Shown here one piece after another: positions 48,512-60,600 of a stretch of DNA of 64,000 nucleotides. Position 1 is the first letter of the stretch. Each line of letters opens with the position of its first letter. A program made the translations under genes and the position numbers. The notes beneath the pieces were generated by a model. That model was not told the DNA's origin. It searched no databases and was given only the letters and a program-made list of their open reading frames with translations. Source of the stretch: Magallana gigas (Eukaryota); assembly GCF_963853765.1 (NCBI RefSeq), contig NC_088857.1:48670001-48734000 (forward strand), written 5' to 3'.

Positions 48512-49362
48512 ATGAACATTTTTTTTGTACTCCTCCTTCTCTGTCTGCATACTGCCTTTTGCGATGAGTCATGTGACCGGAAGGAAATGGAAGATACGAT
48601 ATGCAGTCTTTGTGCTCAGCGAAAAGGAAATCAAGCGGGTATTTATTTGTCAGTAGCTCAATTTTAGTTCTTGTCAAAATTTATATAATGTGTACATATT
48701 TAATACATTGAATAAATTGCAATATCATTCATAATTCAACAGAAATAGGCATCCAGTTTCGTAGATACATTTAAGGACAGTAGATCTTCCATTGTAAATT
48801 GTTGACAATTTTTATTTGATAAAAAAAAATCAGCTTCTTAACAACATTCACATAAATTGGTGTTCCATGAATATCCATAGCTCACAAGACCGTATATAGC
48901 TAAATGTTATTAGTGTCATTGAATTTAGTGTATCTATTATACTTCATAGGTCAGCAGATTGCCTTTTTTGCATACATGTCGAAAAACGTTGCGATAAAAA
49001 CCCTTTCTAAGTACAAGACATTTGTCTATGATCGACTTGAGACCAACACTGGAAATGGGTATGATATTAAATCTGGCAAATTCACAGCTCCAGAAAGCGG
49101 ACATTACGTTTTTCATACAAGCACGACTGCGTATGATAAATCTTACAGCATAATAGAAATTGTTAAAAATAACAAACTTGTGGACGTAGCTCTCGCCGAT
49201 GCTAATGATCATAATGACAGAGCAGCTGCCTCTACGATGACCATCCTAAGTTTGGCAAAAGGAGATACTGTTCTCGTACGGGCTGGTGCGTATTACTCGG
49301 GGCACTACTTGGAGACTAGTCAATATACAAGAATGAGTTTCTCCGGATTCAAACTGGCCTAG
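48512..49362 (+). CDS. Secreted globular-head C1q-domain-containing protein, 179 aa, 2 exons
   Basis: Exon 48512-48638 (signal peptide MNIFFVLLLLCLHTAFC plus short Cys-containing linker; phase-1 donor G|GTATTT) and exon 48950-49362. gC1q motifs IAFFAY, VYDRLETNTGNGYD..SGKFTAPESGHYVFH, L.KGDTVLV, FSGFKL. AATAAA at 49433. Confidence 0.88.
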
Positions 49363-49974
49363 GAAAAGAGATGCAGCATTCCTGTTAATATACATACTTT
49401 GTTGTACATGTTCTTCTTACTTGAAGATATGAAATAAAACAAAGCTACATCTGCAGGATTGCTTTTTATATGTTTTCGTCGAAGGAAATTTATATTTACA
49501 TTATAAGATACCATAAAAAAGAAAATTTTGCGAAAGAATTGTAGAAACAGAGAAAGAATCAAAATGAGTTGAATTTTTTGTGAAACATGTACTTAACATC
49601 TTGATAAACTTTCCCCTCGCCATGTGATTTGTTCCTTCGCTTCGCTCGACACCAGATCTGATGTTACTCGGAATAAAGTCTAACAACATAAACATAATCA
49701 TCTACATATGAAATGTGCCAAAATAATTCCCCAGAATTCTGGTAACCGTTTTAATTTTAATAGCATTTTTAGAGTGATTCTTTCTCCAAACTTCAATAAA
49801 TCATTTAAAGGGATTGCAAGTACAATTAAAATATTTATTACTGATTCATTTGCAAAAGGGGCACGATTGATATTCATTATTACAAATGTGTATATAGTTA
49901 CCTTGATCCTTTACAGTGTCAAGATTCAAGACAGAAGTTCAAAGTAAACAAATGCAACAGTAAACACATTAAAG

Positions 49975-50700
49975 TATTGTGAATTTACATCATACGATAT
50001 ATTATATTAATTGCATTTTCAAAGAACTACATGTAGGTTTCGATTCTACTAATGGTAATTCTATTTACACCCATAGCAGTCTTTCCAAGCAGGAAATACT
50101 TCAAAATCATAAATCTGTTAAGGGTATCTCTAATATCCCCAATAAAAAAATGAATTTGATTTACTTTATTTGTACTGGATTCCAAAACTTCACAAAAGTC
50201 CCTACAAACAGAAATATATAGCAGGTTCCAGTAAATGTTCCACCAATACTCTCTCTTAACTCCTTACTAAAATTCTTACAGTAGTGAAGGAGAAAATTCA
50301 AGAGTACTGTACAACAATATATTATCTAGAAGTGGTGTGAATCAGATGTGGATTATAAAAAATTAAAAACTTTGAGGTCACAAAATCTTACCAAAATCAA
50401 TAGCATCAAAACGTACGATTTTTCAACGCTTTATACAACTATTCCATGTGACAAATAAAAATCTAGGCTTTTTGATATCATCGACAGTTGTTTCTTCAAT
50501 TTAAATGGAAGTCGAAAAAATGCTTACCTTGTCATTGGAAATTAAAAAAATTATTTTTTAAAAACCGTTCTGATTGCACACACAAGTTCTCTGAAGTTGA
50601 CATTAAAAAGATGCTTGAGTTTCTGATCGACAACATCTATGTAGTTTTTTGGAAATCAAGTCTTCCAACAATCTGTTGGAATTAGCATTGGTACCAATGC
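49975..50700 (+). mobile_element. Decayed Penelope-like retroelement RT fragment
   Basis: Frameshifted motifs LYWIPKLHKSPYKQKYIAGSSKCST (from 50170), KTYDFSTLYTTIP (50408-46), EFLIDNIYV, VFQQSVGISIGTN. Truncated by the hairpin element at about 50706. Confidence 0.8.
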
Positions 50701-50705
50701 TTTTC

Positions 50706-51056
50706 GAGGGGACGTGTCAATTTTAACTGCTACCCTCCCAAACAGGCACTATTTATTTTGTTATACTGAATGTCTTAATTATTAAGAAAATTTTACTGCT
50801 TTTATATAGGAATAACGTGAATTCTACAGCGAACCGTACGCGCATAATTTTCGTGCATGTAACAATTTGTAATGTTACCCGTTGCTAAGTGCGTTGCTAA
50901 CGCTGAGGGTAATAGAACGGATTATGAACTGCGTCTTAACCAATCAGATTTCAGTATTTAACATGAAAGTATAACAATTTCAACTGTTATCCTCCCAAAC
51001 AGGCACTATTTATATATTGACACCCCGAGGAAACTGTTGTCAACCGACGCGAAGAA
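50706..51056 (-). mobile_element. Second, rearranged copy of the hairpin-ended element seen at 35399-35754
   Basis: Reverse-complement match over the body (GTTACCCGTTGCTAAGTG.GTTGCTAACGCTGAGGGTAATAGAACGGATTAT) plus repeated hairpin-arm fragments. Confidence 0.75.
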
Positions 51057-51057
51057 A

Positions 51058-51880
51058 CAGCCAAATCGTCTCTTGTAAAACTTTGAATCTGACATCATCA
51101 TGGTTATTTCGTGCAGTCCGTGATTTTTCTTAGGTAGTTGTAGGTTTCGATGAATCGATAAACTGGGCGTGTCAATTTCTGTCCTGTCACTTTCTTGTCA
51201 GTTCAGCCGCTGTAGATTTCGACCAATCGATAAACGGGGCGTGTAGATTTCAGGTATGAATTAACTATAAGTTTCCATAAGAAATAGAGGGAGTAATACT
51301 TGGTAGATGTAAATATATATGTTTTAGTACATGTATTTTATTTACCTGAGAGTCTTCAAAACTTGACACTTGAAACTTGATTTAGTTAAAAAAAAGTCAC
51401 GAACATCGCTCAATTTATAACAGAAATTGTGTAGCTCTGCCAACTTCTTCTATAAGACTGTAGAAGATACATGTAACATGATCATCGCTATGTCTACCCA
51501 CTGTTAACAGCTAAATTGTATAATCCATGAAGCAGTGTGCAGTAATAAATTTAAGTCTTGAGTGGTCACATGACCTGCAAGTTGTTTTTTTTTTGCATGT
51601 GACACACTATTGCTCCACGGTATATCATAATATCTATCCGAGTTTTGCATTCGAGCTATATATGTACATCTACCGAGTATGATTGCCTCTATTTCTTACG
51701 GAAACTTAAAAATTATAGTTGATTAATAGCTCAACAGAAACAGACAGACTAAAAACTACACGCGCCGTTTATCGATTGATCAAACTTACAGCGACCTCAA
51801 AAAATCACGAACGGTATAACGGCACGAAATAATCACGATAAAGTCAGACTCAAATTCCGCAGGTGGCTGGCATACAAAAA
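51058..51880. mobile_element. Degenerate element with long imperfect terminal inverted repeats
   Basis: 51060-51250 (GAATCTGAC..TTATTTCGTGC..CGTGATTTTTT..AATCGATAAAC.GG.CGTGT) is mirrored at 51750-51880. Confidence 0.45.
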
Positions 51881-51897
51881 CTTATCGAAATAATCCG

Positions 51898-51900
<3 letters not shown>

Positions 51901-51948
<48 letters not shown>

Positions 51949-52062
51949 TTATTTCCAAATTCTGTGCCCTTTTGGGCATACAAAGGTACATGTTTTTAAA
52001 AGAAAAACAAAGAAAAGAAAAAAAAATAATTATTATAAGAAATTCAACAACACCTACACACT

Positions 52063-52103
<41 letters not shown>
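51901..52103. repeat. Two (GA)n microsatellites
   Basis: Pure AG repeats at 51901-51945 and 52066-52103. Confidence 0.95.
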
Positions 52104-52106
<3 letters not shown>

Positions 52107-52465
52107 TTTATATTAACATAAAAGATGAGTCTTATGTCTCCCAAGACTTTTATTTCACCACCACTGTCCAGTAAGCATCCTTATTCAATTTTTTCAACTT
52201 CGAATCATTACGCTACTGTGTTTGTTCGTCAAAAGTCGACTCAAACTTGATCGAGTTTCATATATGAAAAAACTGAAAACAGAATGGTGATAGCTTATAA
52301 ATACACAACACAAGTTATCGACCTTTTTATGCATGTCACTACGTCGCCATTCCGGCGATTAGTCCTCACCATACCTTCGGAACTTCTCGGATGACTTCTA
52401 TCGAATAACGATAATCAGCCGGTGTCTATTGCAAATACTTTGAAAGAAAAGAATAGTACTGCAAA

Positions 52466-55400
52466 ATGTTGAAAGTAGTTGAAGCTAGACGTGATGATGG
52501 GCAGGTTGACGATTACCACGGTACAAAGGTATGTGTAAATTTCAGTTTCAAAAATTATGACATAACTGTACCATCAGAGACATAAATATTTATGTCTCTG
52601 GTACCATACAGTACAGTTCGAATCCGGGATGATTCGCACCTATTCTGTTTCGCGCTGAGATGATTCGCACCTCGATGTTTCGCACCTCCCTCGGAGCGAA
52701 ACATCTCACTGTATAAAGATATTTTTCTCGTGTTATTATTGCTCTGAAATTAATTATAACCAATATAAGAATTGAAATAAGTTATAAAAAACATTGAAAC
52801 GATGTTTGCATTTATGTATGCGCCGCTATAGTGTAATGATTTTTTTCGTTTTCGTCGTCTTTTTTATGAGGGCTTTGAAGCCATGGCGTTATTATATTAC
52901 CTTACTTTACATTGTTGCCTCTGCATCCATTCAACTACCATTTTTTTACTACTCTTGAATAAAAGTAATGTGTGATATTGTTTGATAATTTCCATTCCCA
53001 TATTTTTATGAATTAATTCTTACGTCATTGTGGAGAATGACATACAAATTAATGAAAAATACATACAAAAACAACACATATATAGTTATGTATGCAGAAA
53101 CACTTATTGTGGATCTTGTACATAGTGGTACATGTATTTTTACAAAAATTCATAAATTATTCTTTAAACAAATTGCAAACGATTGTTTGTATACTTACGT
53201 AGGCTATATGAAAAATAATACTATTTTTTTATAGTTGCGCCTCTACTAGAGGTCTAGTATTCTTCACTAGAGAACGTTAGTCATTTAAGATTAAATTGCC
53301 GATATAAATACTAACCTTGGTCTCATAACTATCACTTGTCTTATCATTAGCTGTTCACGGTGTTGTCCAAGCTATTGGTAATTGATAATTCAAAATTACT
53401 TAATTGGTTGTGCAATTAATTATATGAACTAGTTATGGTGTTATTTAAAGAATAATTAGCATGGTCTTCGAATAATCACCGGTATTACTGTGTTTTTAAT
53501 CATAACATTATAGTCTGTTAACAGATTAATTGAATATATTGTGTCATGTGCAGGCACTTCAATAATGCTTTAAATTGGAGAAAAACCCTTAAGTATTTTT
53601 ATTTCACAAATATTTTGGAATATTAACTTAATATTTACATGTATATATTTAATAAATCATTCATTATTGAGAATGTATTTGATGCGAAACATCGCGGTGC
53701 GAACCATCTCAGCGCGAAACAGAATAGGTGCGAACCATCTCAGCGCGAAACATGTTTAGGTGCGAAACATCCCGTACCCTACAGTTCCATACAATAAATT
53801 CTGGAACAGACTTCATGCTCTCTTTGACTTGTAAACACTGAAAGTCACCGACCAGGATACGGTCGGTTAATGGATTACATTAGTTGACAGGTGATGCCTG
53901 TGTAAACAACCAGACTTTTGAGATTCCGCTTTATTCCAAAATATAATGTATAAATGTGTCGTTAAATTCCCACAAATACATGATATAAATAATTACTCAA
54001 CTGTAATTATACATGTCGTAATATAACATTTCATTCATAAGCACGTAAATTTAGGTAAGTATAAAATTATCTGTTAAGATATATTCGTATTAAACTAGAA
54101 TTAAATAGATGCAAACATTTAAATATAACTCTTTCTCTCTACTTATTAATAATAAATAATAATTGCAATTTTTTATGTAGCGCTTTTATAATGCTGATGC
54201 ATTTCTCAAAGCGCTTTTACAATTATTACCCTAGCAGACCTTATAGCATTCCAGAGCCTTCTCATTATGTACCATACTACTGAAATTATCAAATAAATAT
54301 GGACATAGTTTACAGTAGTTATCAAATATAATATGTTAGTACAAATGATAATATATACATACCCTAAGTAAGGGTGGAATAGAGCGTACAGTAACTCCTT
54401 ATAGGTAGCTATACAATGTAGGTAGGCTACATACACCTGTTAAATAATATCGTATTGTACTAACACCATAAACATTTCTAAAATTCAAAAATAAATTGCA
54501 ATATCCAAGTGCATACTCTTAAGTATCATCAAAATAATCAGCTATATAAAGTGTATGGTTTATATTTATCCTATATAATCCTTTTTATGTTATTCTATAA
54601 ATCTGACAAACTGACCAAACCGGTTTATGTTCTGTAAAAATAACTATTTCTTCTAAATTCATTCCTAAATAATTCATATATAAAGGTATAAGCCATTCTA
54701 ACAACTAATCATGTTATATATACATATAGACATAAAATTTCAACTTGTATTCTTACTTACATTCAAATTATGCGTCCCGGTCGAGAGCAATTTTCAAATG
54801 GCTGCATGGATAAGTTAGCGACCTGAAGTTTTAGAACAAAAGAAAATCTTATATTACCAAAAAATCTAAAAATGATTTATACATATCAAAGAAAAATATA
54901 TAAAAGTAATCGGAGTTTTATCCAATAAAACAACAATCTAAATTTATTTAGCGTGAAAAATATCGAAATAATATTTATTTGAAAACATCGATTGACTAAA
55001 GGACAGGTCCCCGGTTCGACACCCCGTCACGGCTGTGACTTTTTATCTTAATCTAATACTTTCTACATTAAAAATGATACAAAAATAGATATTTTTTAAA
55101 CACATCTGTTACACCTGACTGGGGAGATTTCCAAAATCCAAAATGTTACAAAGTTGAACAGACAGATTATAAAGCAGTTGTCTATAAGTGACTTGAAATT
55201 TTAAAAATAATAGATTGAAGCATATATGATGTCTTTTTTTTCTTTTTACCAACTAGGCATGGTAAATCTTTAAGTTCCTTAAAATTTGATCTGGTGACCC
55301 TTTTTGTTTCCAGCTTTTAATTCAAAACATGAAATAAGAATTGTGCTGTGTCTCTTTCCAAGTCAAAACGTAACAACAAAGTAATAAGTGCACATTATCT

Positions 55401-57610
55401 TTTTGAATGAATTAATACTTTGCTGATGTTTTAAAGATAATACTTTTGTTGTTAACTTTCTGTCATGGCAGATATCGGACGCTTATCATTGGATGGAAGA
55501 CCCAGACAGTGAAGAAACCAAGGCTTTTGTTGAGGCTCAAAACAATATTTCAAGACCATTTCTAGATTCCTGTCCTGTTAGAGATAAGCTAAACAAAAGG
55601 TACATAAATATGCAACAGTTAACAACATGATTAACCAAATCTCTTAACTCTCCTCCATTGATAGTTGAATACTATTCCCAATATTCATAATTCTGTTGTC
55701 CCAATTGTCCGGAGTCGTTATGACCTATGTGTAACAACTATGATCAGGTCACAACATGCAACAGGTACAGATATCTCCAGTAGCAAGAATTCATATCCAG
55801 GTGCCTCAACAATGCAGCACTTTAGTATCGAATATTAATTGAAATTGACACTTTGTTAATTGACACAAATATTCAAACATTGTTTGTATTTATATGGTTC
55901 TTTTGCAACCATAAAAGTTTCATTTGGTATTGAACTGTTGGCAAGTTTAATTAAAGTTTAAAAAAACGAGCAAAATGTTAATATCCATGCATCCACTGTA
56001 TATGTTCAAGCAAGTCTCACTGTTTAAAAATGTAACATAGACACTTATTGCCTCTGCTGGGGATTGAACCCAGGTTCTTTGGTATGCCAGTCCAGTCCTC
56101 GACCAATTGAGCTAATTATAAAGGGTTAACTTGCTAGCCAGAGCTAGTAGGAATGCTATATGCCTGACTCTACCAACATTGTCCCAATTCATGAAAAGTC
56201 TCAGAAAAGAGGCATCCTTAATTCTTCCACAGTGCCAACACCTATGGGGCAAAGTACTAGAGACAATCTCTCTCACCCACCAGAGAATACCCAAGTCCCA
56301 ACATGAGCACCAAATGTAACAGAGACACTTATTGCCTCTGCTTGGGTTTGAACCTGGGTCCTCTGGCGTGCCAGTCCAGTACTCTACCAATCGAGCTTAA
56401 GGGTGAATCCTATAGCCATAGGTAGTAGAATTGCCACATACCTGACTCTATCACAAAAATACAACAATATTTTAAAATTTAGTTGAGTTCAAGAGTCCTG
56501 ATCTGTATGCTTTTATAGTGATCTTGTGTGTCACAGACTCATGGCGGTTTTTTTTTTAAACCAGACATGATTTTTTTAAGGCTGACCGAGCTGTGGGACT
56601 TCCCTAAGTATGGCTGCCCATACAAGAGAGGAGACCATTACTACTATTCCTATAACTCAGGACTTCAAAACCAGAGGTAATGCGTTTCATATGATCATTA
56701 AAGTGTTTGTTTAACTGAATTGACAAGAGTGTGAACAGCTGCTCAGATTAATTAAACACTTTATTCAAGGGATGAAAGAAATATTAATACAGTTATTGAA
56801 TGTGTATGAGGGAAACATATTTGTTGGGCCTAAAGATGGCAAATGTTGCAGAGGGCAACTTTTTTGTCCGGAGGTCCAACAAATCATATGTTGCCCAATT
56901 TTCTGTCAACAACTGTTTTGTTATCCCCTTTACTATAGATGAAAGTATAATTTCAAGTAGCAACCAGCCATTCATGTCACACATCCATCGGCTGTTTTCA
57001 TCCCACCAAGACCAGGCAAAGATTCATTACATGTATTAATTAGCTGTGACATAGCAGACTGGTCAACAAGTTCATTAAGTCAGTTTGAAATTTTGTTTTT
57101 ATAGCATTTAAGTTCATTATCTTTTAGGATAAGTATGTACCTTTTACCTCATTAAATTATAAAAAAACCTTACAAACAGATTAACCATCGAAAGTCCTGT
57201 AGAGCAATATCACATTTTAATGGTAATTAACATTTGTTTTGTTAGACTTTTTGTTGTTAAAAACCATATAGATTAATGTTTATTATAAGGGTATAACAAT
57301 TCTTTGTGTTGATAGATCCAGGAATACAATTTTCATTTTTCTAGTGGTTTTCGAATTTTGATACTGTCCTTCTTCATTTTATAGTAACACATCTTTTTTT
57401 CAAACTTTTAGTGTTCTTTATGTACAAGACTCTTTGGAATCTGAGGCGAGGGTTTTCTTAGACCCCAACCTCTTATCTGATGATGGAACAGTCTCTCTGA
57501 ATGGAAAAGCTTTCTCAGAAAATGGGAAGTATCTAGCTTATGGTATCAGCAAGAGTGGGTCTGATTGGATCACCATCAAGGTACTGCTAGTGTAAGATTC
57601 TAAATCTATG

Positions 57611-57676
<66 letters not shown>

Positions 57677-60600
57677 ACTTGTTTGGATGATCCAGGGGGT
57701 ATATATTATTATTCCTTATTATTTGTTAATTACTGATTTTCAATACCACCTTTAAAGTGGAGTATTAATTTGAAATCAACCAAACCTACATTTACTACCA
57801 AGCAATTTGACTCTTTGAATTCAGTTCAAAGAAGCTCCTTCTGGAAAAGATTTGGCAGACACCCTCGAGAAAGTCAAATTTTCCAGCATGGCATGGACTC
57901 ACGACCACAAAGGCTTATTTTATAATGTGAGTACAATTATGGTTACATTAAGATGTTTCAAATTAAATCTGGTTTAAGAATGCTGTTTTTATTTAGGGGA
58001 TATCGTATTATATTATTATATCAGTTGCAAAAAATTGGTGTTTCCACAGTGAATATAAACAGGCAATGCCTTGTATTCTACTTTCATATACATGTAATTG
58101 CAATTGACTTAATGGCAACTTTATTCTAACTAGCACATATCTTTAATTATAATTATGATAATAGACAAAACTAATGGTTTCAATCCATTATGTTTTGTCA
58201 TTGCTACATGTACATCACATTAAGTTCAGTTTTTATTTGTTAATTAATTTTGGTTATTTTCATAGAAATATTTAGATGAAAACATCAAAGCAGAAGGCAC
58301 AGAGACTGCATCAAATCAAAATCAAAAGTTGTTCTATCATCGGATTGGAACTGACCAATCTAAAGATGTCCTAGTGGCAGAGTTTCCAGATAATCCAAAA
58401 TGGATGATGTAAAGTATTTTCTATGACATAATATTGTTTATATGATTAACATAATATTGTCTTTTTCACCAGTACATAAGAAAGAAAGAGGAAATGGTCA
58501 TAAAAAAATTCTTTAAGAGTCTTCAAGGGCTGTATGGTTGTGGCCATACATTTTTAGGCTCTATTAATCTTCTTTAGAAGCTTTGTAGAAAGAAAAATAT
58601 ACATATTCTAAATCCAAATTAGGAATTTTTCTTTCCCAAATAATAGTTTGTTGCTAAAGAAATCATGTCTACAGTTTTAAGGTATCTGAAGGTTGATTTG
58701 TTGACAAGTCATTCACCTTGAGGCGCAAAACTTTGTCTCTAACATTTCAGAGATATCTTATCTTGTCTTATCTTATCCCATATACCTTTACCTGTGATGG
58801 AGATGTATTTACCTTTCTTTAAAAAAATGAGCCCAAGTTTAAAGTTTGGAAGAACAAACAAAGGAAGTACAAAGGACTAGGTGCAGGATTCAGTGAATGT
58901 ATATATGCTGCAAAATTCAAAGTTACACTGTATGAACAAAGCTTTAGAAATTTAAGCTAAAAATTAAAAAATTTAAAGCTTTAGAAATTTAAGCTAAAAA
59001 TTAAAAAATTTAAAATTTAAGCTGAATAAAACATATGTGATTTGTAAAGATAAATTGTCTGATCGATGTCATAATAGAGATATGACAAATTCTTGATCAT
59101 CTAATTTCACAAAATTTACACATTTTAGCAAAAATTAAAAAAATTGGGATTTCCAGTTAGTTTTTGGAAAAGGAAACATTGAGCGCATGCTCGCTGTAAA
59201 CACTATATTTTACTATGATCTGCAAAATCATATAAAAAAATAATTATATATACATTATGTGAAAATGGCTTTGGAGCAAGATTGCATTCTATTCCTTAAA
59301 ATTTTTTGTAAAAAAAAGGGGGGGGGGGGGTTCACAGAAATTAGACCATATTGTGAATATAGTCCTTTCTCTGAAAACTTGACGTATCAAAGGGAGATAA
59401 ATACAATGCTACCTGTGTACAAAAGAGATAGGTTTGTACTGTAGTTCATGTATCTCATTCTGTACGGTAATGTTACCTTGTTAGTGGTGCATCTCATTGT
59501 ATCTCATTCTGTACGGTAATGTTACCTTGTTAGTGGTGCATCTCATTGTATCTCATTCTGCACTGTAATGTTACCTTGTTAGTGGTGCATCTCATTGTAT
59601 CTCATTCTGCACTGTAATGTTACCTTGTTAGTGGTGCATCTCATTCTGTACTGTAATGTTACATTGTTAGTGGTGCATCTCCTTGTATCTCATTCTGTAC
59701 CGTAATGTTACCTTGTTAGTGGTGCATCTCCTTGTATCTCATTCTGTACCGTAATGTTACCTTGTTAGTGGTGCATCTCATTGTATCTCATTCTGTACCG
59801 TAATGTTACCTTGTCAGTGGTGCATCTCATTGTATCTCATTCTGTACCGTAATGTTACCTTGTTAGTGGTGCAGAGGTCAGTGATTGTGGTCGTTATGTC
59901 GTCCTGACCCCCACAGAAGGCTGTGACCCCACTAACAGGCTCTTCTATGTTGACCTTCAAACCCTGCCAGATGGAATCAGTGGAATTCTTCCTTGCGTCA
60001 AAGTCGTGGATAACTTTGATGCACAATATGAGGTAGGCATGGCTTTATTTATGACAATATCATCAGTATTTATATGTTTGAGTTACCTGAGATTTTTTAT
60101 AATGTATCTCTTGGTATTAGATTGACTTCATTAACTAATTTTTGATTTATAGAAATGGACATAAATAAGTTCATGCGATATTGCAACAACATTTTATTGT
60201 TTGGAAGGCTATCGTGAAGAGAGACATTGTGTATCATGATTTTTTTTATTTTATTTCAGATCATTAAGACAGGTTTAACCTTATGCTGGTAGTTACATGT
60301 ATTAAAAGAGAAGTTTACTTTTGCAGTATCTCACAAATGAAGGAACGCTGTTTACATTCAAGACCAATCTGAAAGCTCCCAATTACAAGCTGATTCAGAT
60401 TGACTTTTCTAAACCAGAAATGGTGAGTCAGAAAAGAAAGTCTTCCAACATTTATTACAGACGTTAAAAAAAAAATCATTGAAAATTTGAAAATGATTAT
60501 AAAAAATAATTTATATGTACATGTAAATCTTGCAGGAGACCTGGACAACTCTGGTGGAGGAGACAAGTTCTGTTTTGGAATGGACCGCCTGTGTCAACAA

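Noticed and set aside
56040-56398. Two tRNA genes or tandem SINEs
   Set aside because: Acceptor and anticodon stems are imperfect, and both lie inside TG...CA direct repeats with a PBS and TSD, so they are better explained as TRIM LTRs.
58938-59015. Exact ~35-bp direct duplication in PREP intron 6
   Set aside because: Ordinary slippage duplication in AT-rich intron sequence with no further structure.
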